This document shows, piece after piece, positions 1 through 13,610 of a stretch of DNA of 64,000 bases. Each line of letters begins with the position of its first letter. The stretch's first letter is position 1. A model generated the notes under the pieces. It was not told the DNA's origin, searched no databases, and saw nothing but the letters and a program-made list of their open reading frames with translations. This stretch comes from Vicugna vicugna (taxonomy: Eukaryota): NCBI GenBank assembly GCA_013265495.1, contig MU058198.1:1128419-1192418 (forward strand), read 5' to 3'. Made by a program: the position numbers and the translations under genes.

Positions 1-250
1 AAAGTACCAGCATGGCTGCATTCTGGAGAAAGCCTTCTTTGTGGCGCTTGGCTGATGCCTTTTCCCTGTGTCCTCACGGGGTGGAGGCGGGCAGGGAACT
101 CTCTGGGGCCTCTTTTATAAGGGCAGTAATCCTATTCCTGAGAGCTCCACCCTCGTGACCTCGTCACCTCCTGAAGGTCACACCTCCGAACACCATCACA
201 TGGGGGTTAGGATTCCAACGGGTCAGTTTTTCCAGGGACACAAGCGTATA
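1..250 (-). mobile_element. MaLR LTR (MLT1-like) fragment
   Basis: ctctctggggcctcttttataagggc...ctccaccctcgtgacct...accatcacatgggggttagg. Confidence 0.7.
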
Positions 251-2495
251 GACCATGACGATGGTGGTTGTCTGGGAAACGGACCTGGTCGACAGGGTAG
301 ATGGGAGAGGTTTTGTTATATACCTTTTCCTAACTTTTGCATTTTGAATCACACAAATGCATTCAGAGTTCAATTATTTAATATCAGTGAGTGCAGTTCA
401 TCTATATGGTGCAGATTCTCAGGGTGGTACATGAGAGGTGTGTGTCTGAGGTCCACACATAGGCAACAGGGAGGCAGAGAAGCTGAGGAGAGTTTCCCAC
501 GGGTCTATTAGGTTGACCAGCTGTCTGCAGTCCTTGGCATCTCTTTCTTTTCATCCTTTTATAGCTCTGTGTTCTCATTTTATTTTCATAAGAATCCTAT
601 GGGATGGGGCCCCTCTGCAAAAGTGAGACTGTTAATCAGAAAATGTGTCTGTGTCTCAGGCCTGAACAACCCCGTTGTGTCTGCATGGTCTCAAGCTGGC
701 TGACTGCCCTGGTTATGAGCACTTCAGTGCCAAGCTGGGGTCCAGCCTGGGCTCTGCGTTTCCCTGGATGAGCCTAATCAAGTCATTTCCTTCCGTCCCT
801 TGAACCTCGATTTCTTCTTTTGTAAAACTGAGATGACAGCACGACCTCTGTCCCAGGATTATTGTGAGACTAAAATGAGGCCAGAGATGTATAGCATTTT
901 GCACAGCTCACAGAAGAGATTAAGGACCCAACAAATCTCAGCTCTTGGGGGTCACGGCAAGTCAAAAACATTTCCTCTGCATCAAGAAACATTCAGACAA
1001 TACCGCCGGGGCTGTGGATATGTGAGCGAGCCTTTATGCTTGAGGGCTTTATAGTTTTATTAGAGATCCCCAACATCCTCCTGAACACAAAACATGAAAC
1101 ATCCAGATTAAAAAATAGGCAATGCTGTGTCTCATTAGTGGAACTTGAAGTTATCGCGGGAGCTACGTGGACAACTAGTCGACCACAGAGAGACCACATT
1201 TCCCTTGCAAATTTTCACTGATTTCTGATCTGCCAAGGAGGACATCTTCAGTTGGTGCTGATACGTCTTTACAGCCTTCTAGAACTCGCCAGTCTCCCTC
1301 TATAACAGAGGGAGAGGCACTGAAGTTACTTTTTATTTACCTTTTATTTCCGGCAACTCTAGCTCGGTGTCACCTGCGGATGGAGAAGGTTGTGAATGAC
1401 AGAAAATAAGAGTGATTAGCGAATCCAGTAGACGCGGGAAGAATGGGACACAGAAATTCAGCGCGTGGCCAGAGTGGTCGGAGCTGGTCAGGAGATGTTT
1501 CCCGGAGGGGGCTGAGCTTGATCTAGGGGGTAAATAGATGCAGGAGAAAGACAATTCCAGGCAGGGAGGCCAGAGGCCTGGCGTGGTTTCCTGGCCTCCC
1601 TGGAACAGGCTTCCCAGACTTGACTCCAGGGCTGGGGTCCCAGTACCACTTCCTGGGAGAAGACTTTCTTGACCTCAGTGTAGCTCTGCTCCCTTGTCAC
1701 ACACTCCCTTTTGTCCCCTTTTTCAACTCAGAACATTTATCACAGTTTGTAATTACATATCTATTTGTGAGATAATTGGATTAATATTGGAGTCTGCCCA
1801 CTCCCCATCCCCATTACACCGTAAGTTTTTTCCAGGATAGAAACGCTGCCTGTTTTTGTTGCTGGTGCATCCCTGGTGTCCAGTAGAGTGTTTGGCATGA
1901 GGTAGGGCCTCAATTATTGTCCAATTAATCCATCCATTAATTCATTCATCACTGGTTGTGTTTTCCACCACCGCTGTCCAAAGGGCAAGGAAAAGAGAAC
2001 AGGGCTCCTGGAGGCTGAGATGGGTCTGAAAGTCCCGAATGCAAGTGTAAAATGTTTTGAGGGCTTTCCTTTATCTTGGAAGTATATTCTGCACCATAAT
2101 ATATCTGCTTGCTTTAATCTAATACTCATGTTTTCAGTTTCATTGATGAAATAATTTAGCTTTTTTTCCCCCTAAAACATCTTCTGGTAAATTGGCTTTC
2201 CAGGAAGACAACCGTCTTCATTTTGTGGCTTCCACCACCCCCGCTGCATGCCCCGTTTTGAGAAGCACGTCCTTGGAGGCTTTTAAATTTTTCAGCAGAT
2301 TTCATAGCTGCGATGCCAACACACCCAGGGACAAGGCTGAGGTCGCCTCCTGATTCTCTGGGTTTCTTCTCCCATCCCTCTTTGTTCTCCTAATTTTACC
2401 CACACTTTCTCCAGCTCTTACCTGATTCCTTCATCTTGCTCCTCTGATGCACGCAGCCTAAAACATGTGCAATCTTAGGGCTGAACTCTGTAACC

Positions 2496-2674
2496 CAGAG
2501 TCCTTCAAACTCGAACGCTCATCAGAACCACCTTGAGGGCTTGGTGGAAGCAGACCACTGGGACCCACCTCCGAAGTTTCTGATGCTGGAGGTCCCTGTG
2601 GGGCCAAGATTTTGCATTTCTAGCACGTTCCCAGGGGATGGCCCTGGTTCAGGGACTACCTTTGAGAACCACTG
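2496..2674. mobile_element. MER5A-like hAT MITE
   Basis: catcagaaccaccttgagggctt...tttgcatttctagcacgttcccagg...tttgagaaccactg terminal repeat. Confidence 0.75.
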
Positions 2675-5600
2675 TTGTCATCTCAACCCTGGTTACACAG
2701 CCAACTGGATGTGTAGGTCTCCAGACCAGCTGAATCGGACTCTCTAGAGGAGAAGCTGATCACTCTTGTGTTTAAAGTTCCTCTGGGAATTTGAGTGCTC
2801 TGAAGCCCAGAGACGTTGGGATGTGCCCCAGGTCACACAGCAAGGTGAGGCAGAGGCAAGACTGGAGTCCAGGACTCCTGGCTCTCAGAACAGTATCTTC
2901 CCAAAACATCACTGTGTACCTGAAATCACTAGGCTCTCTTGCATACATTAGCCTAGGTAAAGCTCCCTTTACAGAGGAGGAAACTGAGACTCAGAGAGGG
3001 GAAGGTGGCAAAGGTGAAACCAGCACCCAGGGCTGCTGCCTTCAAGTGCTGCCCATGCTGGGGACAGTGTCAGAATGGCCTGGGCTTTGAAAGCAAAAAT
3101 ACCTGGACCTGCCTTCTGGTTCTATTACTTGGTGGAACTAGGGGACCAGGTGAACTTGGATAAGTTTCACCCCTCTGTAAGCCTCAGACTCTCATCTGTA
3201 AAATGGGTCTAATGGTATCTCACCTGGTGGAAATGAAACGTTCTCCTCCTGAGGGGCCCCATGTGCATCCCCATCACCTCCCACACTTGCTTCCTCACAA
3301 CCACAGTGGTGTGTCCTCCTCAGGCCCTCAGAGCCCATTCCAGCCCCCTCCCCACCCCTCAGACCCTGAGACTCTAGGAGAAATTCCACTGAGCCCCTTT
3401 GCACATCAGAAGTTACAGGACAGGAGTAGTTTTAAGGTACCAATTACGCAGCATCTCATTTATTCCCTACAGCCACCCTCCAGGCTAGGCACTCCCACCC
3501 CCATTTTCAGAGAAACACACTGATACAGGTAACGAGGGGCTAAATCAGAAGTAGAACCCAGGATTGCCTGCCGGCCGAGACCATGTTCTTAAGAGGAAAA
3601 TTGACTATCACATGCAGATAAATCTGCTCACTTTCGAAGTAAGAGTAAAACTTACTCCTTTGAAAAAGAGCAGTATTCATTTTCTGAATCAAACCAGACT
3701 GCAGAAGGCTGGCATCCACAGCGCTGTTAGCTAGCCAAGCTTGCTGCCCTCTCTCCAAATCCCCTCCCCACTCCCAGTGGGGCCAGTTCCCACCCCCAGC
3801 CTCCCAGACACGGGCTCTTGTTGGATCGGTTGGATTTGGTGGCTGCGAGTTTCTTGAAATCTCCTGGCTGCGCAGGGCACCTGTGTTCACCCTGTCCTCT
3901 CTCCCCTGGAAAGCAGCACCTCTGCGTCAACCTCTTGGGTTGGCTCTGAAATGCCTTCCCAGCCCCCACCGCCTACCCCTGCGCTTCCAGGAAGCCAGGC
4001 TTTGATGCACACAACCTAAAACATGTGCAATCTTAGGGCTGAATTCTGTAACCCAGAGTCCTTCAAAGGGTGGGGCTTCTCTGGACTGTCCAGGTAGGAC
4101 CTTTGGTGACATTCCCTGTCACCCTTGGACCAGAGAAAGGAGAAGATCATTACTTTGGAGCCAGGAATTCTTGCTCATCATTCCTTCCCTCCCTCCCTTT
4201 CTTTCTTTCCACTCCTTCCCTCTTTGATTTCTTTCTTCCTTTCTGAGCTGAAATCAGTGACAAACTGTTCACCTTGGCCGCAACCCCCTGAACTTGGACT
4301 CACTCAGAAATTCTCCTTCTGGGACCCCACAGGGGAGGTGGGGAGAGTCCATCTTCAGTTTCTCACCAACTTGCCCTTCACTACCCTTCTTGCCAAAACC
4401 TTCTATGTCTTTATGCCAACACAGCTCCCACGCCTGGCCCTTCTTGGACAAGAGACTCAGCTCAACATCTGTGCTTCCACTGAGGGTTTTGGAGTCAGAG
4501 TCCTGAGTTCACATCCCAGAATGGTTCTCGACCTGTGGGATGACCTTGGCAATACACTTAACCTCTCTGAGACTCAGTTTCTTTAACTGAAAAGCTGGGA
4601 CTGATAGGCCCACCAGAGCTGCTGAGTTCAAACGGGATAATAAAGTGCCTGGCACTTTCTCAAGGTCTGCTTCCATGCCGCCACGCTCACGAAAACCTCT
4701 TCCTATCAGGCTGACGGTTGGAGTCACTCGAGCATGACTGATGATAATTTAAAATACTTACATAATGATTTCTACTTTAAAATATATCTTTTACTTCTAT
4801 CATCTCACCGAATGTTCACTGCATTATTGTTCCCCCTGAATGTGCTTTTTGGAAGAGGAAACAGTCTCACAGAAGTTGTGTAATTTGCCAGAATCAAAGA
4901 GCTGGGGAGTGGAGGGCTCAGCTTTTGTTCATGTGAGGTCTGAGAGCTTCAGAGCCCCTGGCCTGAGCCTGGTGAGATGCTAACACATTGTCCTGCTGCG
5001 GAGAATTTGCATTTTCACAAGAGCTCAGAGAAGCAGACCCTCTAATGGCACTGCAGAGCTCGGTTCTGCCGTCATATGGAAGGTGATCCCCGCAGAAAGC
5101 TAACAGGTAAAAAAGTCATTGCTTTCAGAGCTGGAAGGAACCCCAGAGAAGATCTATTCTCTGCTGCCATTTTCCGCATGAAGAAGAGGCAGCCCCCGGA
5201 GGGGAATTTGAACCCCTGCCTCAGGACTCCCTCCACAGCTCTCTCTGCATGACCGAGGGGAGAAGATGGCACTTGGCTACTGCACCCTTGAGCCCTGGTG
5301 ACAGGAGCCAGGAGGTTCTCCCAGCTCTCAGGGGAGCCCCATCCTCCCTCCTCACCCCATCATCAAAGGAGCCGGGAGGGAGGCAGAAGGATTCCCTCCT
5401 ACCCCCGACTTGGCCCACTGTCTGGGGCAGGATGTGCCGTGGGGGACGCGGGCCCCTGTCATCACTCCAGGAGGCTCTGGGGAGTGAGGAATGACTCCCC
5501 ACCCTCCCCCCACACTCTCTCCGTGCTCCCCACTTCAGGGGAGAAGAGGGGGAGGGAGTTGGCAGTGACTGAGAGCTCCATCCAGCGCCAAGCATCGATC

Positions 5601-8600
5601 TGGCTCTCAGCGTCGTCATGGCAACAGCTCTTCTACTCTGGAGAGATCAGCTCACTACCATGAGGAGACCTTCTTCAGCCCCTCCCCTTCCTTCCCAGGC
5701 CAGCCCTCCCTCTTCTCAGCCCCCTAGCTCCCCGCCCCCACACTGTCCTAGTCACCTTTCCATCTGCTCCTGACGGTCGCCCTGTGCTGCCACTGTCCCT
5801 CTCCCCTCCATCACGCTCCCCCACCCTTCCCCTTCTCTTCTCCTCCTCATCTGTCCTTTCCCTGCACTTGGCCCAGCCCCCACTGGCTGCTGCCGGCACT
5901 CTGCCCACCAGCCATCACCCTGCAGCCCTTGGGGACACCTCTCTCCTGGGCGCACACAAAGGTGCAGGGAATGGGAGAGGAAGGAGTCTCTGAGCCACGC
6001 AGCTCAAGGCAGCCTCTTCCTTCCAGCAAGCTGCTCTCCCCCGCTCCGCCCCCGCCCCGGGCTCCCAGCCTGCAGCCTCCTCCAGGGGAGCGGTCAAGGT
6101 CACTAGACCACTGTGTCAGCCCGAGAGAGCCTAGAAAGGAGCTCGGACTTATGGTCAGGCAGATCTAGGTTCTGGTCTCTGCTCTGCCACTTACTAGCTT
6201 GGCAACTTCTGGCAAGTGGCAGCCTCCCCGAGACTCAGCTCCCTCAGCTCAAGAAGAAAAGTAAAATAGGGCAATAGGACCCACCTCAGCCAGCTGTTGT
6301 GGGGATAAATCGAGGTGCCAGTAGCTGCTCACACTTACCAGGCACCGTGCTAGGCACCTGATGTGCGCAGCTCTATCCTATGAAGTGGCCACATTCGCTG
6401 TCCCCGCTCAGAGATGAGGAGCCAGTGCTTAGAGGGGTGATGTGACTCACCCGAGGTCACTGTCACGGCAGAGTCCTGCAGGCAGTCTTTGACCCCAGTG
6501 AGGCCACAACCAGGGATCCTGGGCACAAACTCTTGACAAATTTCTTGTCCCCGATATTGGGAAAGTGGCAAGCAGATTGCCTGGCTCACAGTAGGTGGCA
6601 GACAGATATCTCACCCTACCCTGACAGTTAATTAATTAAATCATTTATTATGTGCCTAACATATCCCAGGTGTTAGAAAGACAGTGATAAATTGCACATG
6701 ATCCTTGTCCTTGAAAAGTTTAAGAGGCTGTAGCAGGAGACAGACCCGCAGATAAGGGCAGTGCGGAGCTGCGCAGTCTGAACGCAGATACCCCTGCCCC
6801 GGCTGGGGGCTCTCAGGCTCGTCCCTGCATCTTTCTGGAGTCATATCTCCTCATCCACACAACGGGGCTTTCAATGGAATCTACCTAGAGTCGTTGTGAG
6901 AAGGGAAAACGTACACACGACCCAGCACAGTACCCAGGATACATTAAATACTCCGTGAAAAGGTTAAGTCAGTGTCAGCTCAGTTACACTGGAGCCCGGG
7001 GAGAACGTGGCCCATCCTCTTCAGGGCAATCAGGGAAGACTTCATGGAAGCGGACAGACTCTTGCAGAGTCTTGGAGGAAGGGCTCGTTGCCAGGCAGAC
7101 TGGGAGGGGCAGGTCATCTAAGGCAAAGGATTCTGCTGGAGCGAAGACCTGAGACAGTCTGGTGTGTGTGTGAGGACGGGCGCACAGTGTGAATAGCAAT
7201 AGTGTCGTTTATGGAGTATTTGCTGTGTGCCTGGCACCACTTCAGGTCCGTGGCTCTCCCTCCTGGCTGCACGCTGGGAAACCCTGCGGAGGCTTGTGTT
7301 TGATCTGTTTTAATATGATTGCTGAGCCCTTTCCCTGAAGAGTCTCATTTAATTGGTTTGGGGTGGCCGAGCCATCAGCTTGTTTTAAAAGCTCCTCAGG
7401 TGATCCAGGATGGTGAAGCCCTGGTCTAGGTGTTTCGATGTATTAAGTCATTTAATCTCCACAACAAACTCCATGAAGTCGGTCCCGAGCCTCAGAGAGA
7501 TTAAATAACTCATCAGAGACCACACAGCTCAAAGGTGTAAAGTTGAATCGAGGCAGGGCTGATTCTAGGACTCTCTCTCAAGCACTAGGTTGTGGAGGGC
7601 GAGCGAGGAAGGTGTTAGGGAAAGTGCAGAGTGAGATGGAGAGGGTGGAGGGCGGATGGGTGAGGAGTCGGTGCCACGTGGCAGCTACTCTGATTGTCAG
7701 CTCTGTGTCCCCGTCTCCTTGGGCACCAGGTAAGGGTGTCATCTTCCCACACACGTGCTTCGAGGGCTCAGGGCTAAGGCCACCCGGTCCCTAGCCCCAG
7801 CCTTCACTGAGTGAGTCGGGCAGTCCAATTTTAAGCTCTTATTAGAATGCAGATTCTGATTCAGTAGGTCTGGGGTGGGGCCTGAGACTCTGCATTACAG
7901 TTAAGGTCCCAGGTGATGTTAAGGCTGCTGGCCCGAGGATCACCGTCTGAGAACAGAGGTGTTGCAGTCATATCTCTAGGGCAGCGTTTTCTTAACCACA
8001 CTCATTGTGGTTAGATGCATTGAGTTACTTAAAATCCCAATGGAAGCAGCCTTTGGTATGGAACAGGATCCCTGGCTTCAAATCCTGGCTGTGCCGCTAG
8101 CCCTGTCACTGATGGTATCCGATGGGGATTGAGTTGGCTGCACATGATCGAAAATCCAAGTAACAATGGCTTATAAAGAACAGGGATCTGTTTTTGTCTC
8201 ATGTGACACAGGATGCAGAGGTGGGTAATCCAGGGCTACTGTAGGTTCTGGATGTCGACAACATTCCAGACTGATAACTTTCTGCCTTACTATCTTTAAT
8301 TTGTGGCTTCTACCCTCAGGATTGCCTCTTCAGCACAAAACAGCCACCTCAGCTTTGGTCTTGATGCTTGTGTTCCAGAACTAAAAAGGGGGGAAGGCAA
8401 AGGGTATGCCTGCTAAGTCAGACCCTCATTTAAGACGATTTTCTAGAAGCCGAACTTAACAATGTCCACTTACATCTCATTGGCCAGAACATAGTCACAT
8501 GACCATCTCTCTGCAATGGATACTGGTCAATATAGTATTGACTGACTCATTGATTGACATGTTTGTAAGCTGGGCTCATCACCAAAAATAACATCTGGGT

Positions 8601-11600
8601 TCCACTTACAAGGATGAAGACGAGAAAAGCTACTGCTTAGGTTACTAGCAGTCCCAGTGACAGTGACCATGGGCAGGTGACTTTCACTCTTAGGTTCCAT
8701 CTCGGCAAATATAAAATGAAGTTGATATTTCATTTACCAACTTAATGATTCTTAATGATCAAAGAGTCCCATGCAGCTCCAAGGTTATCAGATTTTTATG
8801 ATTCTGAACCTACACTTACTTACCAGTGATGTTCAGAGAAAAGGAAAGAGGGCTGGTATTACCCTCATGCAGCGCTCCAAGTGTCCTCAGCCCGATGAAA
8901 TGTCAGAACAAATCCTGGGCCTGACCATCCATTCACCCACGACAACACATCTATTAAAAATATTTTTGAGTACCTGCCATCTGCTAAGTACCAAGGATAC
9001 AGCAGTGAATAAGACAGGGGTGGTTCCTGCTCTCCCTGCCCTCTGAGAGCTTACAGTTCAGCTAAGAAGACAAACACGAGCAAATAGGGCTGAAAATGTT
9101 CGACCAAGTACTCTAATGAAAGTGGATGCACTACACGAGTGCCATGAAGAAGATGTGGGGGGCGTGACTTAGATGGGGAGACAGAGGAAATTTCCGCAAT
9201 AATTTATTTTGAAGCTGAGACCTGAAAGAGAAGGAACCAGCCCTGCAAAAAGTCAGAGGAAGTGCCTCCCAGACACAGAGAACAGCAAGTTCAGACACAG
9301 GCCCTGAGGCAGGAAAGAGCTGGGCTCATTCTAGGAAGTGAAAGATGGCCAGGGTGTCCCGGCGTCATCCGTGGGGAGGAGGCTGACGTGGAATGAGGAT
9401 GAAATGGTCAGCAGATATCACAGCATGTAGGTCCACGTAGATCCTGGGAGGGAATCTGGATTTTATTCTAAAGGCAGTGGAAAGTCATTGGTGTATTTTA
9501 GGCAGACGTGAGTCAAGGCTGATATGATCAGATCGGCATCTTTACAGCATTCCTTTGGCTGCCGTATGAATAACAGATTTTGGGTGGGGGTGGTGCAGAG
9601 AGGAGGTGAAACTCTTACTTCTGTCTGAATAGGAGCTGAACAGGGCTTGGCTGGGGGTGGTGATGAAAAGTGGTCTCACTGAGAGTTATCTGCTATATTC
9701 ATCCATCCATCCATTTATCCATCCCACCATCCATCCATCCATCCGTTCCCCTATGTACTCAACAAATATTTTAAAAGTGTCTTCAAGTGGCAGATTCTAC
9801 ACGAGACGTGTTGGGTGACTAAGTTGGTTCATTCCCTCTAGGTGTTCACAAGTTAGGGGAGTAGAGAGAGACACATAAAAAATCATCACAGTTGGGCACA
9901 GGCCATAATAGCAGTGAATTCCGAGAGGTGTAGGAAAAGACTCTTATGAGTGGTGATCTTTTTGCCTAGTGCCAATGGGAGGTGTGAAATCACAGTACGA
10001 TTCATTGCTCTGGCTGCTGAGGGTGAGGACTTTCCTGGGCCACAGTGAAATAATCACACGTGAGGGCAACAGCAAGACAAGCGGAAGTTTTTTGGAGGGT
10101 AGGAGAAGATCCCAGAGGAGGCTAGAAAGTAGAATGGATGGAGCTGTCCCATGGATCTATCCTGTAGGGTCTTTCTGCCTGAGTTTGCAGCCTCTTTGTT
10201 GACAGCCCAATGGCAATTTATTGGCTGGACTCCCCGTGGCTGTCAGTGAGAGCAGGACTGTCTGTCTCTGCTCCAGGCACAAAATAAACACTTCAAATGA
10301 GGATGCCAAGGCTCTTGGAGCAGAGAAGCCGTGGGCCGAAAGCAGACGGGCCCAGGCAGGCAGGGCAACATCACGGTCAAAGGATGCAGGCTCTCCAACC
10401 AAACTGCTTGGATTCAAATCCTGCTTCCGCCGTCTGCTAACTGTGTGACTTGGCAAGTTATTTAATTATGTCTGTGACTTAGTTTCCCATCTTACAGGAG
10501 AATACAATTGTACCTTCCTCGCTAGGATAAAAGATTTAATATTGCTGTGGTGCTGAAAGCAGTGCCTGCAATATGATAAACACTGTGTGTTAATAGGATC
10601 TTCCCCGTGTTAGTTCTTTTGCTCTGTTCAGGGTTAGACCATGTGCTCTCTGGCTCCCAGGGGGCTCAGAGCTGGGAATCGTGTGCCAGTAGGCACTCAT
10701 GGAATGTGCTGATATCTGGCGGTGTGTTGTGCCTGTGGGAAATCTCTATCTTTCTTCCATTAAACCGAGGCTCTTCGAAATTAGACAAAGGATGTTGTTC
10801 CAATGACCTTACTTCCTGTTCCTAACAGCTTGTCATTCACGCTCCTGACCGTCCACGTGCCAGTAGGCAGGAAGTACACTGTGGTGGAACAAGCCTGGGT
10901 TTTGGAGTCACACTTGTTTCAAACTTCTCAGCTCTATGCAAGTAACTTACCCTCTCTGAGCCTCAGTTCGTCAATAGTGTTGAGCTTGAGAAATCCTGGA
11001 ATAAAGTAGCTGAAGTTCAGTGACTGGCCCATAGCTAGTAGAGCAGAGAAACTGAGGGGACAGGAGCAATGAGGGTCAGAAAGGCAAATAACATAGTGGT
11101 TGACAGGGTAGATTCTGGAATCTGACCTCTTTGGGTTCGAATCTGCCAATTTTCTCTTCTTTTCTGCTCCATTTGAGTCTGGAACACCATATGCCTGAAG
11201 TCATGGCTCCCCAGCAGGGGCCCTGCTGACACGCTCTCCTTTGAGTGTTGCTCCTGGACCTTCAGAGCATCAACCCTCTCCCCCACGGATGAAAGGTTGT
11301 CATGCTCCCTCAGATGCAGTAACTGGGGCCAGAAGGGGTTGGGAACTTGGGCCAAGCTGGTGCATTCTGCTGCAAAGTCTACCGGAGAAAGACACCCCTT
11401 CCTGGGAGAATGCGAGGTGAATGACTGCTTGTACACTGGGGCCCCTTTGTCTAATTTTTCTTGAATACAGGGTACATGTTGCAAAGATAACAATGTCACA
11501 AATGGGGGTCACTGTGAACCAAGAAGAGGGATGACTGTTGGCCCATTCAAGGTTTATAACTAGTAATTTTAACCAATTTCCTTGCTGTTCTGTGTCCAAG

Positions 11601-11703
11601 TAACCCTGGGTTCCAATCTCTGCTCTGCCTCTTTCTAGCTGTGTGATCTTGGACAAGTTTCCTAACCTTGTCTATATTTCCCTTGTGTATAATTGAACTT
11701 AAT

Positions 11704-11745
11704 TAATAATAATAATAATAATAGTAATAATAATAATAATAATAA
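11704..11745. repeat. (AAT)n microsatellite
   Basis: Directly visible, one interruption. Confidence 0.95.
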
Positions 11746-13591
11746 CCCTCACAGGGTTGTGGTGAGAAACGAATGTGTCTGCCTTTGTCAAAATGCCTAG
11801 CCCGATGCCTCAAATTCAGTAGAAACTCAATAAATGTTGTGTCCTTTCAAACTGCCACAGGTCCACTCTCCAGACTTCTCTATTGACAGTCACAGATGAT
11901 GTACATCTCTGTTCAATTCGGTCCCAGGTTCTCTTTGCCCCAGACACATAAGCACAGCATATTAATATGACTCCTGTCAGTTTTTAAGTTTTTGTTTGGC
12001 TTGGCTAGGGACGGGGCTGGGATTTCAGGGGAACCAATTCACCAGTGGTTATGAGAGTCTTATTCAGACAGACCTGCATGGTAAAAACATTTCCAAATTC
12101 AATTACCAGCTGAACGGTGGAGGTGTTCTGGGCAGCTGTGCTTAGATAAGTCTTAGTTTGAACACATCCCCTGCCTCCCACTGTCTGTTCTCTTCTCAAC
12201 TGCCTGCCCCATCACCTGACTCTTCTTCCGAGAAATGAGTTATATAAAATGGGCTTTAGGAGTCAGGCAAACATCACCAAGAATAATAATAATAAAAAGA
12301 TTCCTTTAAACTATGTCATGACATCAATTAAAACACATAACAATGTCAGATATCATAAGATGTGCTTTTTAGAGTCATTTTCCCCTTTCTAAGAAACAAG
12401 GTAAGGAAACCAATATTTAGTAAGCACCTGCCATATGCCAGCCTGCAATCTCATTGCCCCCTCTTAGCAGCCCTGTGAGATGGGTATTATCATCAGCATC
12501 CCCACTTTACAGAATAAGAAACTGAGGCTCAGAAAAGTTTTCTGACTTTCCCGAAGTCCTATATATAACTCATGACTGACCTTGGAAGGCTCAGATAAGC
12601 TGCCTTATCTGGTCTGCCTTGTAGTGAGTTCTCCATCACTGAGGGTAAACAAATATAGGGCAGATGATCACAGTGATGATGTTGGAGAGGAGCTCTGATC
12701 AACAGATGACTGGCAGAGTCATCTACATACTTGTGAAATACAAGCATGAATCCTTCTCTATTTTACAAAGGGAGAACTGTCCTCAGACAGTTTGTGACTA
12801 ATGCAAGGTCATAATGCTAGTAAATGGATGAGCTGGGACTTGAACTCAGGCCTGTCTAGCTCCAGAATCTCTCTTTCACTGAGCTCAGAGTCTACTGGGA
12901 GGAGGAGAGGAGTTAATGCAGACAATAAATAAGTAAGCAAAATTGTTACAAACGTAACTATAAGAGCTGTGAAGAAATAAAGTGGGTTAGATAGAGAGGA
13001 AGTGGGTGGAGAGTGGTCTCTTTCATGAGTGACGATTAGGAAAGAACTGCCAGAAGGGAGGGAAAAACTGGACCCTCAAAGCATTCCCAGTTTGAGGATT
13101 AAATCTGGTACCGTGCGCGATGCACACGGTGTAGTATTTGGTACCCAGGAAGCTCCAACAATGGGTAGCGATTATAAAGAAAAGTAAAATGCTTCCTCAG
13201 AGATCACTGTCGAATCCAAGGGGCTTTGTGTGCTTTGTCCTCCCTCCAAAATCCAGATCCTTTCTCTCATGGAACAGGAGGGAGGAAAGAGAAGACCTGG
13301 GGCAGTGAGGGGCTTGGCAAACAGAGGCCCTGGCGGCTCAAGGCTGCAGCACCTGCGGGCGGCTGGCTCATTCAGGGCTGGCAACAGCCCCGCAGAGTGG
13401 AGAACGCCAAGAGTCATCTCCACCCGCCGTGCAGTCGCTGTGTGACCTTGGGCGAGTCACGTCTCCTGTCTGGGCATCTGCTTGCTCATCTGTAAAATGA
13501 AGGTTTGGGGCTTCAAATGAAGCTCCCTTCCGGCTCTAAATGTCTTTGGAATTCTGAACACCGCCTCCCTCCTCCTTCGGACGCGTTCCCA

Positions 13592-13610
13592 CAGTGCCCT
13601 CTACTGGCCA
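13592..13610 (-). promoter_or_regulatory. CTCF motif TGGCCAGTAGAGGGCACTG
   Basis: Close match to CCASYAGRKGGCRC within a locally CpG-retaining patch. Confidence 0.65.

Noticed and set aside
6030..6100. GC-box cluster (ccccgctccgccccgccccggg)
   Set aside because: Too short for a CpG island and no associated transcript structure is visible.
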